A DNA stretch of 64,000 nucleotides, from NCBI RefSeq assembly GCF_028641065.1, contig NC_073397.1, positions 20,894,001-20,958,000 of the forward strand. Direction: 5' to 3'. Source of the stretch: Leucoraja erinacea (Eukaryota). The notes below the pieces were generated by a model. That model searched no databases and was not told the DNA's origin. It saw nothing but the letters and a program-made list of their open reading frames with translations. A program made the position numbers and the translations under genes. Position 1 is the first letter of the stretch; every line of letters starts with the position of its first letter. Shown one piece after another: positions 49,283 to 61,694 of the stretch.

Positions 49283-50502
49283 GCATTTCCTTTCTACGCA
49301 TTTTACATGCTCTTTTAGCCCTTCTCGTTATCCAGTAACCCAAACATTCCTTCCAGATGAAGAGTGAATTATTTGTGTCACTTCCAATTTGGTGTATTGC
49401 ATTCAGCCCTCACGATGTGGTCTCCTCTAAATTAGAGAGAAACCAAAAATGGATTGGATGAGTGATTTGCAGAAAACCTCCCTTCAGTCCAAACTGGTGA
49501 TCCCGAGCTTTCAGCTGCCTAGCACTTTAATTCTCCTTCTCACTTTCTCTCTCCCCTTTTCTGTTCTTATCATATTTTATTTCCATCCCCTTCAGACAGC
49601 ACAGCTGTGATTAACATATCTTCCCCACCCTCCCTCAGCCAGCACCACCTTCCCTTTTATTACTCTAGCTCTCTTGGTCTCGGTCCTGTCACACACACTC
49701 CATTGTCCACCGCACTCCTATCTCTTTCTGCAACTTAAAACACTTTTCCAATTCAGATGAAGGATCATCAACCTGAAATATGAATTCATTTTTTTCCCTC
49801 CTCAAGAGCTACCCGACTGCCTGAGCACTTCCAGCATTCTCTGTTCTTACTTCACTGGATGAGTGTGGTTTCAACAACCACTGAGAAGCTCCATACCAAC
49901 CAAGTGAAAGTGCCGCACTTAACTGGCATCTCACCCAGTATGCTACTTCTGTACACTACTGTTACATAGTGGTTACCATCTACAAAATACACCTACCCAA
50001 GACATTGTGAGTAATAATCAAGGATATTGGTGAGTAAATGATCCAGGTGACCAGTGAATGTATTAAGCAAGAGTATTGGGTGTTTTATCGAAGAGATCTG
50101 TGTGAATGGTTCTCAGCTATTAGGTTTCTTGCCAATATAAACACCTCAAGTGCACCTTAATGGCTATATAGCACGTTGGCATATCCTGACACTGTGAAAG
50201 AATCTAGAATTGGAATCTTCTATATCCCAGGAATAATTGACGAGGTCACTATGAAATCTCATGGTGTCAGGTAACACACAGATCGAGGAAAGCTCTTCCT
50301 GAAGCTACCCACTGATGAATTGGAAGTCCTTAATTTAGAGAAACACTTGGAAGAACAGAAAATAACAAGGCAACAGAATGGACTCTGGGTGTTGACCAAT
50401 GTCTATCACGAAGGGTGGCTTGGAAATGCCAGCACTCACTGAGGTGGTCAGAGAAATAACTATCTGCATCAGGTAGAGAGTGAACTAACATGAGGGCTAA
50501 AC

Positions 50503-50642
50503 TGGGGTGGGAGATTGCAACCTTCATGTAGTCCGCCCTGTTTCGACTAATGCAATCAACCCGGCGTGCACCATCAAATAAGACCAAAGAGAACAAGTTG
50601 TACTACAACTTTAGGCTGTGCACGCCAAATGCAAGAAGAAGA
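50503..50642 (+). mobile_element. 140-bp retroposed element with (GAA)n tail
   Basis: 10-bp TSD AGGGCTAAAC (50493-50502 / 50643-50652); internal ggcgtgcac...gtgcacgcc inverted repeat. Confidence 0.7.
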
Positions 50643-51034
50643 AGGGCTAAACGTACCTGTGGTAGGTACATCTACCCATTATAACTGGCAGAAGAGTCCA
50701 CCAGAAGAGTCCACAGTCCTTGAAGAAGCAAAAAGCCCACCTTCATAGCGATGAGCCTTTTCAGGGTCCACAACTGGAACCTCAGAAGTGGGCTTCCATG
50801 AAGTAACAGGAAATTAGCAGCAGCAGAAATAGGCACTGCTACGACGTGGCATATCCTTCACTCTACCACTATTACCAGGAAGGGAGAATTGAAGGGAGTT
50901 AATGAGCATGCAAGAGTAAATAGGTTGCATGGAAATAAGTAGGGGAGTGGGGATGCTGGCGATTGCTCAGAAAGTCAGCATCAATGTGACTACTGCCTCC
51001 TTTTATTGCCACAAGAAATAATGAGAAAAAGTAC

Positions 51035-51955
51035 AACTCACCGCACCTTCACAGTGCATGGCAGGACCCTGGGGAGTGTTGTAGAGTAGAAGAATCTAAG
51101 AGTACAGGTACACAGTTTCCTGAACGTGGTGTCGCACGTAGATAGGTTGGTAGAGAAGGCTTTTGGTACATTGGGCTTCATCAGCCAGGGTATTGAGTAT
51201 AGTAATTGGGGTGTTAATCTTACAGTTTTACAAGATGTTGGCGAGGCTCCATTTGGAATATTGTGTTCAGTTTTGGTCACCCTACTACAGGAAGGATGTA
51301 ATCAAGGTAGAAATAATGCAGAAAAAAATTACCATGACATTGCCAGGACTCAAAGGCCTGAGCTATAGGAGTGATTGGGCAAGCGCTAGGCAGGCGATTT
51401 TTCCTTGGAACACAGCTCTGGGCGGAGCTCCAACGCGGGCGGGTGATATTAGTCAAGATGTGCAGAGGGTCAGTCTCCACCCCCGGCGCGGCCTGGGGAA
51501 GCCGCCGAATAGGAGGGGTGAATGCGCAGAGTATTTTATCCGTCGGATAGCGGGACATCAAGCCGCCCCAGAGCAACTGCGGAGGGGTTTAAGGTGAGAC
51601 GGGGAACAGTGGAGGAAGAGACTGACTTTTTAAGTGGGAAACCTGATGTGTGGGGAACTCTTTCACCCTCAGTGTGTTGTGTCCTGTTGATTTTTATTTA
51701 TGGGTATGGAGCTGCCAGAGGACAAGTAAAATTGAGACATGTAGCATAATCAAGATGCATTTGAGGGGAAAATAAGGTGAATTAGTATTTTAATGGTACA
51801 TGGATAGGTGAAAAGATTTAAAAGGAACCAGGGGATCATGGGGCAATTTAGGGAATGAGCTGCCAGAACTTGAGACATGTAGCATAACATCATTTTATTT
51901 GGCATGGAGTTTCGAAATGGGGCTGGGAGTTCCATGCTGTTTATGACTCTATGCT
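51035..51955 (+). mobile_element. CR1 LINE 3' part with a scrambled GC-rich centre
   Basis: LQFYKMLARLHLEYCVQFWSPYYRKD; CR1 3' tail at about 51950. Confidence 0.7.
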
Positions 51956-52004
51956 AATACAGTCCAAATATACTTCAACTACTCCAAAGTGTGTGTGGTA
52001 GAAC

Positions 52005-52470
52005 ACAGAACAATACAGTATGGGAACAGGCCCTTAGGCCCACAATATTTGTGCCAAATACGATGCCAAGTTAAACTGATTTCATCTGCTTTACATAATC
52101 CATATCTCTATTCCTCACACTTCCACGTGCCTATCCAAAAGCATCTTAAATTGCATTATCATATCTACCTCCACCACCACCCCTGGCAGAGCAATTGAAG
52201 CCCCCACCACTCCCTGTGTAATAAACTTGCCCCGCACATCTCCATTAAACCTTACCCCTCTCACCTTATAGTCAAGCCTTCAAGTGTTGGCCATTTCTAT
52301 CCTGGGACAAATGTTCTGATTGTCTACCCTATCTATGCCTCTCATAATTTTATATACTTCTATCAAGTCTCCCTTAACTACCGATGTACCAGAGAAAACA
52401 ATCCAAATCTATCCAACCTCTTCCTGTAGCTGAAACCCTCTAATCCTGGCAGCATTCTGGTAAGCCTCCC
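52005..52470 (-). mobile_element. CR1 LINE 3' end
   Basis: RLTRMLPGLEGFSYRKRLDRFGLFSL; acagtatgggaacaggcccttaggccc tail. Confidence 0.75.
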
Positions 52471-52884
52471 AATGTTGTGATATAAATGCAATAAAAATTG
52501 AATTCTCCCCTTTAAATTATTGATGACTGACAAATGTTGATGGCAATGATTGTTGAGGACATGAATGAGTGGATGAGTGAGTAGGTTCAAGGTTGAATGG
52601 TTTTCAGAAGTGACAATGAATGGCTGAGTGAGAACAGCCAGCATCAGTCATGACTCTCAGCAGCTGTCTTACTCTACCCTGAAGATTGGCTGAGAGTTCA
52701 AGTTGCTGGAACAAGCCCAAAAGTTTCAGTTGTCAGTTGACTCATAGTCAGGAACAGTCGCTCATTTGGAAATGCCACCTTTTGGATGAGACAATGAACT
52801 CAGATTGCTGTGAGCATGGGCAAAATGATCATAAGACAATGAAGATAATGGGAGAAGTGCGGTATGGTGTACCTTGGTGATTGC

Positions 52885-53087
52885 CAGTCACCCCCCCCCC
52901 CACCCCCCCCCCCCAGACACTCCTTCCCCCAGAAAAATTGCACTACTACGACTGTATGTACACATATATATATATTGCTCATTATTCTATGTTTGCTATT
53001 CTGGGGAGATGCTAACTGCATTTCGTTGTCTCTGTACTGTACACTGCACAATGACAATAAAGTTTGAATCTGAATCTGAATCTGAAT
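52885..53087 (+). mobile_element. Rex1-like 3' end with (GAATCT)n tail
   Basis: catttcgttg...caatgacaataaagtttgaatctgaatctgaatctgaa. Confidence 0.6.
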
Positions 53088-55080
53088 GGCTGGTGGTGGG
53101 TAAATTTTGAATTTGTACACAGCTGGAGATCTGATGCAGCCTTCCAGCAGCATGAGGCAGCTGGTGTTTACACTAGACTGTATACAATCCAATGCTAGCA
53201 ATGCCTCAACAGCATCTTGCATTTCTGGGCATCAAGGTTATTTGTGGTTTTATTTACTTGGCCGTTGTGTGTGTGGCTTACAGTTGTCCCATTGCTGTCG
53301 ACTCTGTTGGTTTTGAGAAATTATAATAACTTTTTTAATGATGAGGATGGGATGTTGGCTGAATGGGTCATGTAGATATCCAGGATCTTTAAGTGTAAAA
53401 CTTGGTTTGAGAAACATGCCTTCTGATACATCCGCAATTTTGGTAACAGCTTACATTCAACCAGGCTGAGGTTAGCTCACTTCCTCCATATCTCATGTCA
53501 CTTCTGCTCACCGCCCACACAGTACTGTTTCACTGTTTTGCAGCAAACGCTTTTCAGAAATAATATTGCTGCTAAAATTTGCAAAGGACCTTTGGAGACT
53601 CTGCTTGCAGCTCAGCAGTCCCTCTGTACTTCCCCTTCACCATGTCTGTGAAAATACAAAAAGCAACCTTGCCGAAGATTACTCTTCCTGAGGCTGGGAT
53701 TATTAGTATTTCACTATGTCAGGAATAGCAAGCAAAGGTTTGTGCTGCTCTGATATTACCTGGTTGCCTTATAGGGTAAACTCTCTCCCATGCTGGCTCG
53801 TTCTGTACAGGGGATAGGAGCTGGGAGTGCCAGATTCAGCAACACAACTTGTTAAGGTAAGTAACAATTAAAGATAACAAGGGAATATGGGGAAAAAATC
53901 ATGGAGAACAATTTGTGTGGACTTGTATTGGGAATGTCACGTATCTATTATGATCAAGCTGTGTGTTTGATGTATAGCAGTTAATACGTTTCATGTCCTT
54001 TAGGAATCAGGCATATGTTTTGATATAACTCATTGGGTGGTTTATGGATTCATTAGATATTGGGTCCACACGGTGATTGTCAAAATAAATACTGAAGCTG
54101 CAAGGAGTGTATAATAATAACTGTAGAAAATCACCCCATTTTAGACGAGAAAATAAGTCAAAGCAGCCCTTCCTCCATTATTTATCATTCACACCTCAAT
54201 TGGCATCCATTATACACAGGCCTCAAGATAAGATGAACACAGATGAGAAAAAGATGTATGACACCAAATAGACACTTATTGTACTACTGCATATAAGAAC
54301 AATTAAAAACAAATACGCTCAGCTAATGATATCCATTACATACAAGAAATTGATTTTATTTTTCAGCTGAGGAAATGGCCACATACAGTATTTGACTGTT
54401 TGTCATGCATAAAATATATGTAAAAATTATTCTGTGTAAATTTTAAGGCATTTACACTGGCTGGAAGACATGCCCATCAGGGCCAGTGTTATTGATTCAG
54501 AACCATTCATACACGTGAAGACGTGATCAATGTGTGTAACATTCATTTCCCATTTAACATTTGAAATTGATACACATTTTGTAAGTTGCAGTATGATCTC
54601 TGTTTTGTGCAGATATAAACTAATAGTTCTCCCATTTGGTTCTGGAAAATCAATGCTTTGTACTGTCCTTGTGTCGGCCTGATTGTGCGATAGTACAGCT
54701 CTAGGTTTTGAGTGACTCAAACTGCGTTTCACTGCAGATGCACACCTGCAATATGATCACAATGATCACATTATACAAAAACACATGGGAATGATTGCAG
54801 AGGTGTAAGGAGCTAGGCAAAGGGGTGCAGCCAAACAGTGTAGATATGTCGCCCTCCTCCCACGAGCCTTTGTTCACTATCGCCATGTTTGCACGATTAC
54901 AGTAGCTGCCATAGAGGGCCACTTCCCATGATTCTTAGTGGCAATAAACCACCACTGGAATCTCCGCAAGCAGCTGCCATTGGAAATTTAGATGGTCACA
55001 GATAAAGACACCAAAGTAGGAGAAAGCTACTCCAACAATTTCTTGAAGATAAACTATACGAGTTGAGAAAATTGTAGCAA

Positions 55081-55263
55081 NNNNNNNNNNNNNNNNNNNN
55101 NNNNNNNNNNNNNNNNNNNNNNNNNNNNNNNNNNNNNNNNNNNNNNNNNNNNNNNNNNNNNNNNNNNNNNNNNNNNNNNNNNNNNNNNNNNNNNNNNNNN
55201 NNNNNNNNNNNNNNNNNNNNNNNNNNNNNNNNNNNNNNNNNNNNNNNNNNNNNNNNNNNNNNN
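55081..55263. other. Assembly gap (N run)
   Basis: 183 N bases. Confidence 1.
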
Positions 55264-55802
55264 NTTCAATATCCATGCCATTGGCTTGTAAGCTATCCAA
55301 GTGGAATATGAGGTGCTATTCTCAAATGGAAGAGGAGGTGCTGTTTATGTATTCTGGTTTGTGGAATTTATTCTGGTCTTGCAGTGGGGTACCCCAACAC
55401 ATTGTGCTTACATCATCTATACATACAATGACATAATTGCTGCCATTATTGCCTTCTATGAATACTTTATTTAATTCTTAAACAAAAATGCACCACAGCA
55501 CTACTTTTCAGCTCTTTCATTGTGGCTCGTAGTTCTGATTGATAAAGTGGCTAGATGTTGTTTCACTTCTATGTATACCTGTTCCTGCTACCCGATTGCT
55601 CTCCTATGCTTCTGTTGAACTAGAAAAGCAATAAACACCAGAGCACAAGGTTGTTAGATTATGGCAGTGTATAATTCTGCTTATATTGATGGTCCAGATG
55701 AATGCCCAGTTTTGTGCTTACATCTATTCTGAGCCTATAATTGTAGTGCAACCCAACACAACAGAGGGTGTCTCAGCAAGATGGGACCTTGTTATCTCTG
55801 AG

Positions 55803-56095
55803 AGGCGGCACAGTGGCACAACGGTAGAGCTGCTGCCTCACAGTGCCAGACACCCAGGTTCAATCCTGACCTTGCGTGCTGTCCAAGTGGAGTTTGTACA
55901 TTCTCCCTGTGACCACGTGGGTTACCTACCGGTACTCCGGTCTCCTCCCACATCCCAAAGATGTGCATGTTTGAGTGATTCGGATGCGAAAGTGGGATGA
56001 CATAGAACTAATGCCCAGGTGATTGATGGTTGGTGTGGACTCAGTGGGCCGAAGGGCCTGTTTCCACACTGTATCTCTAAACCAAATTAAACTAA
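55803..56095 (+). mobile_element. HE1-like tRNA-derived SINE with CR1-shared 3' tail
   Basis: ggcggcacagtggcacaacggtagagc (A box), ggttcaatcc (B box), gggccgaagggcctgtttcc tail. Confidence 0.8.
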
Positions 56096-57114
56096 GATGA
56101 ATTGGTGTGGTCAAGGCCTGTAGCGTGTATCCAAGAGCAGCCACGGCAAATTGCTACCTTAAGGATAAGCTGCTGCTCTCCTGTCACTAAATCCTTTGAT
56201 TTAGTTTCATATAGTCAACATCTGAAAGATTTTAGTTTGGCAAGACCGTTCGTTGTTCTACTACTCATATTTTGTGATTAAGCTCAACTTGCAATTTTTT
56301 TAACCAATGTTTCATGGTGTTATTTGTCTTGTTAATTGAACAAGCGAGGAGAGTGTGCATAATATCTTACCTTCCCTCATGGTAGATTTTACTGACAGAA
56401 ATGCATTTCAATAAGGCTCGGGGATCCACAGGATTTTGGAGAAGAGGTGGCGGGGCAAGCCCTCCCTCCCCTGGGTGATTGCAGAATGTTAATCTTTACT
56501 ACGCGGGTGAGGAAAATTAACAAGTTACATGGATAACTAAAAACATTTGCCCCTAGTGCACTTCTTCAGCAGCTCCGCAACGGTTCCTAGTAATTGCCAA
56601 AGGACAAGGAGGTCTTGCTGCTTCAGCACCAGTATGAGGTTGCAAACCTCCGTGATTATTTCAAGGAGGTCTGAGTTGATGAAGATCTGGGAGGGTTTGA
56701 AGCGGTCTCCCCCTATTAGAAAGGAGAACTCCTGAAGGGGAATGAAATCTATAGAATCTGAAGGAAGCAGTTATATCGCTGAAAGATGCAGGAGGACTTT
56801 CCACAAATGTAAGACTAAAGGAGAGATTATTAGAGGTATAAGATTTTTTTTTAAATGATAAAACAAAATGGGGTTGAGAGAAACAAGGTGCAGTTTTTAT
56901 ATACTGGCAGGATCGTGGAGGGTATATGAGTGGGTGTTTCCTCTCTTCTACTTCAGTGTCAGTGCATCACCCAGGGTATAATATGGTAAAGTTACTGAAT
57001 ATATCAGATAATTGATTTTTGTTGACACAGAAGGAAGCCAGTCAGCCCATTAGGACAATGCCACTCTCAGAAGAGCAATCCCATAAGAACCATTTCCCGT
57101 CTCCTGCATCATAT

Positions 57115-57625
57115 TCTAGAAACATAGAAACCTAGAAAATAGGTGCAGGAGTAGGCCATTCGGTCCTTCGAGCCTGCACCGCCATTCAATATGATCATGG
57201 CTGATCACCCAACTCAGTATCCCTGCCTTCTCTCCATACCCCCTGATCCCTTTAGCCACAAGGGCCACATCTAACTCCCTCATAAATATAGCCAATGAAC
57301 TGGCCTCAACTACCTTCTGTGGCAGAGAATTCCACAGATTCACCACTCTCTGTATAAAAAATGATTTTCTCATCTCGGTCCTAAAAGACTTCCCTCTTAT
57401 CCTTAAACTGTGACCCCCTAGTTCTGGACTTCCCCAACATCGGGAATAATCTTCCTGCATCTAGCCTGTCCAACCCCTTAAGAATTTTGTAAGTTTCTAT
57501 AAGAACCCCCCTCAATCTTCTGAATTCTAGCATGTACAAGCCAAGTCTATCCAGTCTTTCTTCATATGAAAGCCTGCCATCCCAGGAATCAGTCTGGTGA
57601 ACCTTCTCTGTACTCCCTCTATGGC
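57115..57625 (-). mobile_element. Young CR1/HER1 LINE 3' end
   Basis: LSYEERLDRLGLYMLEFRRLRG; GHSLRIRGKSFRTEMRKSFFIQRVVNLWNSLPQ. Confidence 0.9.
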
Positions 57626-58307
57626 ACTCCCTCCTTCTCACTTGCCTGTTAACACCTCCTTCAGTCATTTTTTCTACTTACCTACATTACAGGTTAATTT
57701 ACTGTGGCCAGTTAACTTGGTGGTACATATTTGGGATGTGGGAGGAATCCCATGTGATAACAGGGAAATCATTCAAACTCCACACAAACAGCACCTGCGG
57801 TCAGGATTGAACTTGGGTCCCTGGGATTGTGAGGCTGAAAGGTAGAGACTATGGGGACTGTATCTGTGATATTGTCAGTTTCTCCGATGAAAGTACAGAT
57901 TAACTACTAATGATTAATGTTTATATCCTACACAGAGACTCAGAATAATTCCAGAGATCGGAACGCCCACGAAGGAGACATCAAACATGACTGCTCCATC
58001 TGAGGACAATAAAGCAGACATGAATACTGAGAGATAACCAAGAATCAGCAACTCAGAGCTTCTTTCTACAGTCCCATAGACTTGGCCAGTCGGGTTTAAA
58101 TGATACACCACCCACCTCTACGGTTATTGTTCAACTGAAGGTTTATCCCCTTCTCAACCGAGCTCCCCTCGGACAATTTGTTCTCTTTTATCTGTCCAAC
58201 AAGGACTTCATCAGAACTCTTCAACCAGCCAGCAGGGATCTTCTAAGGCCTGTAATTTTTCTCTGCCTGACTCTACATTAGGTCTCCAAACATCGCAATC
58301 AAAGAGA

Positions 58308-61300
58308 ATGGGCAAAGCTCAACTCCAGAATGTAAAGGATCCATCTCTACCACATCCATGTCAAACTGGATCCAGACTAAAACCTACCCATAAAACCACT
58401 GGAGACCACTCTCCTCTCTGTGCACCCGGGTTACAGCCTTTCCCCAATTCACCTGGACTTCACGTTACCTCTCCAGTCACTCGACCTCAAACTGCTCCTG
58501 AAACCACCAGTTCCCAATCTACCCCTTCAGTTCCCAAGCTGAAACCAACTCTCTGTACTACTGGACTTGAACTACCACTCCAAACCTCATCATTCCAACC
58601 TCTTTCCCATACCTTTGGGCTCTATCCTTTGCCTCAAACCGCCAGGATCCACCCTGCCTCAAAGTCTCTTGGTCTACAAACTTCTCTTCATGACCCCAGT
58701 CTCCAATCTTACCTCCATCCCTCAAAATTCGACCATCTCCCTCTAACCCCAGGGCTCCAAACTCCCTTCTTTACTCTCAGGCTCCAACTTCCCACCCAAA
58801 CCTTAGAGCTCCAATGTCCCCCGCATATCCCAGAGCTCCAAACTTCCCCCTGTACCCCCAGATTCCAATCTTCCCCACAAACTGCTGGACTTCCAACAAC
58901 CTGTATCTCTGGGGTCCAACATCCCTACCAGAGCCCAGAGCTCCAAATGCCATCGTTTACGAAAGAGCTCCATATAGTCCAGCTTCCAGAGAATGTTCAG
59001 CAAAACAAAGCAAATGGGCAGAGAAAATTTGTGTGCAATGAATGTGGGAGGGACTGTGCAAAGCGCAGTGCTCTTGAGAAGCATATCCGGTCTCACACTG
59101 GAGAGCGTCCCTTTCCATGTATAACCTGCGGGATTTCTTTCAAAACGCAGAGTAACCTGTATAAACATAATAGGACACAAAGTCATTTGCACAACTGCCA
59201 GCTTTCTGCTGAATTGGTGAGAAGCAACAGGCTAGAGTTGAGTCAGGTGAAGGACAATTTTCCTTGTGAAAATACAGATCAGGAAACAAAAGGAAATTGT
59301 CACATTGACCTGCTTGTGGCTAACTCCAGCAGTGTTGGTCATACAAAGAAGCAAGATTTCACAAATATTGTGCAACGGGATACGTGTTGGAGGAGGGTCC
59401 ATGCTACTGACAAAAGGGAGGATGGCTCACTGGATGGAGAGAAACAGGGCAATGTCCAGCAGCAACTTGGCCAAATGGGAAACAGGCATTTGGTTCTACA
59501 GAGACAGCAGGCCACTTATTTTGCCAAACAGTGGGTACACAAGTCTTCGAATTCCAGTGTACAAACCAATGAAAGCACAGACTCAGGGTACTTTTCCCAT
59601 TCAGACAGTCCTGACCAGCCACAACAGAGTCTACAACACCAGAGCACTGACACAGAGTCAGAGAGGTGCTCTCAGTCCAGTCAGCAGTGGTCAAGTGTCG
59701 GGCAAAGTGTACTGGAGTCAGCCGTGGATGACAAAGCCCTGCAAGGCATGCACCATCCTCCACGTGGTATACAAGAGCTGGAGGAGAGGATCTCAAAGCT
59801 CATCTCTGACAACAAGGCCGTGGTTGACGACAAACATTTGGAAACTGTGCGGCCAAGAAAGACACTTAATTCAAAGCAAGGGAGCATTGATTTACCAATG
59901 CCATACACGTTTAAGGACTCCTTTCACTTTGACATGAAACCTGTTCAAGTCAACAAGAAATCAAGAGTTCCCTCCAGTTTACCAGCATTCACTTACCAAC
60001 TAACACACAAGTTCCCCTCCTTGCCGGATCAGGTTTCCTCTACTGTTGCTTGTTTGCCCATTATAAGGAGCAACTCTGCGCCAGTTAGTAAGAGATGTCT
60101 GATAAGTAATGAAACCGGCAATAGTTCAAGCTCTCACCATCAAGTGATACAAAGGAAATCCACCACCATGTCGCTTGTCACAGACTTGCAATCACACTCA
60201 TTGGACTTCCATCCCCAACAGCATCGAACCCTGGTCAGGCAAACCGCTCTTGAGAGTTTGCCAGCAGGTGGTCTCACCACAGAAGGGCCCAACCCCATTG
60301 TTAAAAATAAGATGTGTAATTCCAAGGTTGAACAAGTTTCAAAGCACAAGTGCAGGTCTTTAGTTAAGAACAATGACCAGAAAAAGCTGAAGAGGTTTTC
60401 ACATGAGAAGTGGTTGATATATGGAGAGGAAACCTTCCGAAAAAAATACCAGGAGCCAAAGGGAGCTACCCACTCTGCTGAGCCACCCGCCTCACACACA
60501 AAGCGCCCTCACAATGTCAAAATGCCAGACAAAGGCATTTCAGTACTCTCTGAGAATCCACACATCAACCCCCTGGCATCATCTTCTGCACAAAAAGTTC
60601 CCGTTCCAAAACACCTTTCAGATGCACTTCCCTTAGCGTCAGTGAAGGTCACAACTTTCAACACCCCAATGTGCCAGGTACAATTTTCACAAAAAAATGT
60701 GGACCAACATTCACCACAACATGAATATCCAGTTCCCTACCATAATGCTAAAGAGACAAAGGCTCCACTAATCCCAGACCGTTCATGGGAAGTACCTGCA
60801 ATTAAATCAGCAGAGAAGCCCAATAGAGGTGAAGGAACGGGCAAGATAACTGCATCACACAATGCTCAAGAAACTGTTGGGGACATGGGGAAGGAACTTA
60901 CTCTCCATCAACGATCACCTACAGTGAGTGGCCAAACATGGAATGATGCTACAAGACCAATGCAAACGCATTTAACACATCCAAAGTTGGTGAGGCAGCT
61001 CAGCATTCTTGTTCCAGAAGGCAAACAAGAAGGAAGAAGTCAAGAAGAGCATAAGCTTCATGAATTTAGGTTGCAGAAAGGTGAAGATGGTAAGTTAGAG
61101 TTTCCGTCAGGAATACCACCCAGGAAGAAGCAACGGCTGAAAGTAGCTGGCACTGGACAGTCAGCAAAGACGCTACAAACTGGTTGTGGTTTGCCAGTTG
61201 GGGCTGTTCTATGTGAGTCACCTCAGTCAAACTGTGACTTCATCCCAGACACCACCCATGAGTCATATCAAGTAATCAAGTGCATGAAGTGGAAGGAGGA

Positions 61301-61694
61301 AGGAAACTCTGTTGAACAGCCTTTGACATCAACAGTGTTCAGTAGTTTTACTGCCGCTGGCTCCTCTCCTTATGACTGTTCTAGTTCTTTGCCAGAGCAA
61401 GAGGCAACACTTTCTATATTCCCCTCCCTTCATTTACAGTCATTTTCAGTGGGCAAAAGTAAAAAGAAAGAAGCAATTAGTCAAGGGGGGTTTCCAACAC
61501 TATTGCAAACAGCTGGAAATCATATAAACAATGTTGGCAAAAACTTACATGTGGGAGTAAGCATGGACCAATGGGAAGCTATTGCATCTCCCCAAGCTGT
61601 GGCTCACCCCTTGCTGAAGCAAGATTTTCTTCCAAAATATCAACTCAAATGGACAAAGAAAGAACCGACTTCACCAAGCCACTCACCGTCATGA
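58308..61694 (+). CDS. ZNF831: Zinc finger protein 831 (HIVEP/Schnurri-related), large coding exon, 1128 aa
   Basis: Two C2H2 fingers [53 protein letters not shown]; ZNF831-type blocks [65 protein letters not shown]; candidate acceptor ...ctctacattag at 58281, 26 nt before the ATG. Confidence 0.9.
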   Translation: MGKAQLQNVKDPSLPHPCQTGSRLKPTHKTTGDHSPLCAPGLQPFPNSPGLHVTSPVTRPQTAPETTSSQSTPSVPKLKPTLCTTGLELPLQTSSFQPLSHTFGLYPLPQTARIHPASKSLGLQTSLHDPSLQSYLHPSKFDHLPLTPGLQTPFFTLRLQLPTQTLELQCPPHIPELQTSPCTPRFQSSPQTAGLPTTCISGVQHPYQSPELQMPSFTKELHIVQLPENVQQNKANGQRKFVCNECGRDCAKRSALEKHIRSHTGERPFPCITCGISFKTQSNLYKHNRTQSHLHNCQLSAELVRSNRLELSQVKDNFPCENTDQETKGNCHIDLLVANSSSVGHTKKQDFTNIVQRDTCWRRVHATDKREDGSLDGEKQGNVQQQLGQMGNRHLVLQRQQATYFAKQWVHKSSNSSVQTNESTDSGYFSHSDSPDQPQQSLQHQSTDTESERCSQSSQQWSSVGQSVLESAVDDKALQGMHHPPRGIQELEERISKLISDNKAVVDDKHLETVRPRKTLNSKQGSIDLPMPYTFKDSFHFDMKPVQVNKKSRVPSSLPAFTYQLTHKFPSLPDQVSSTVACLPIIRSNSAPVSKRCLISNETGNSSSSHHQVIQRKSTTMSLVTDLQSHSLDFHPQQHRTLVRQTALESLPAGGLTTEGPNPIVKNKMCNSKVEQVSKHKCRSLVKNNDQKKLKRFSHEKWLIYGEETFRKKYQEPKGATHSAEPPASHTKRPHNVKMPDKGISVLSENPHINPLASSSAQKVPVPKHLSDALPLASVKVTTFNTPMCQVQFSQKNVDQHSPQHEYPVPYHNAKETKAPLIPDRSWEVPAIKSAEKPNRGEGTGKITASHNAQETVGDMGKELTLHQRSPTVSGQTWNDATRPMQTHLTHPKLVRQLSILVPEGKQEGRSQEEHKLHEFRLQKGEDGKLEFPSGIPPRKKQRLKVAGTGQSAKTLQTGCGLPVGAVLCESPQSNCDFIPDTTHESYQVIKCMKWKEEGNSVEQPLTSTVFSSFTAAGSSPYDCSSSLPEQEATLSIFPSLHLQSFSVGKSKKKEAISQGGFPTLLQTAGNHINNVGKNLHVGVSMDQWEAIASPQAVAHPLLKQDFLPKYQLKWTKKEPTSPSHSPS
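58317..58975 (+). repeat. Degenerate coding 27-bp (9-aa) tandem repeat, about 22-24 units
   Basis: PGLQPFPNS / PGLHVTSPV / TGLELPLQT / FGLYPLPQT / PGLQTPFFT / PELQTSPCT / PELQMPSFT. Confidence 0.75.

Noticed and set aside
54905-54925. CTCF-like GCCATAGAGGGCCAC (also 27234-27250)
   Set aside because: Isolated imperfect matches that are expected by chance.
59266-60636. Alternative-frame and antisense ORFs within ZNF831
   Set aside because: Shadow ORFs with no independent evidence.
58308-61694. Calling the zinc-finger gene HIVEP1, which would make the neighbour plain ADTRP
   Set aside because: The finger residues ([26 protein letters not shown]) and the [20 protein letters not shown] block are ZNF831-type.
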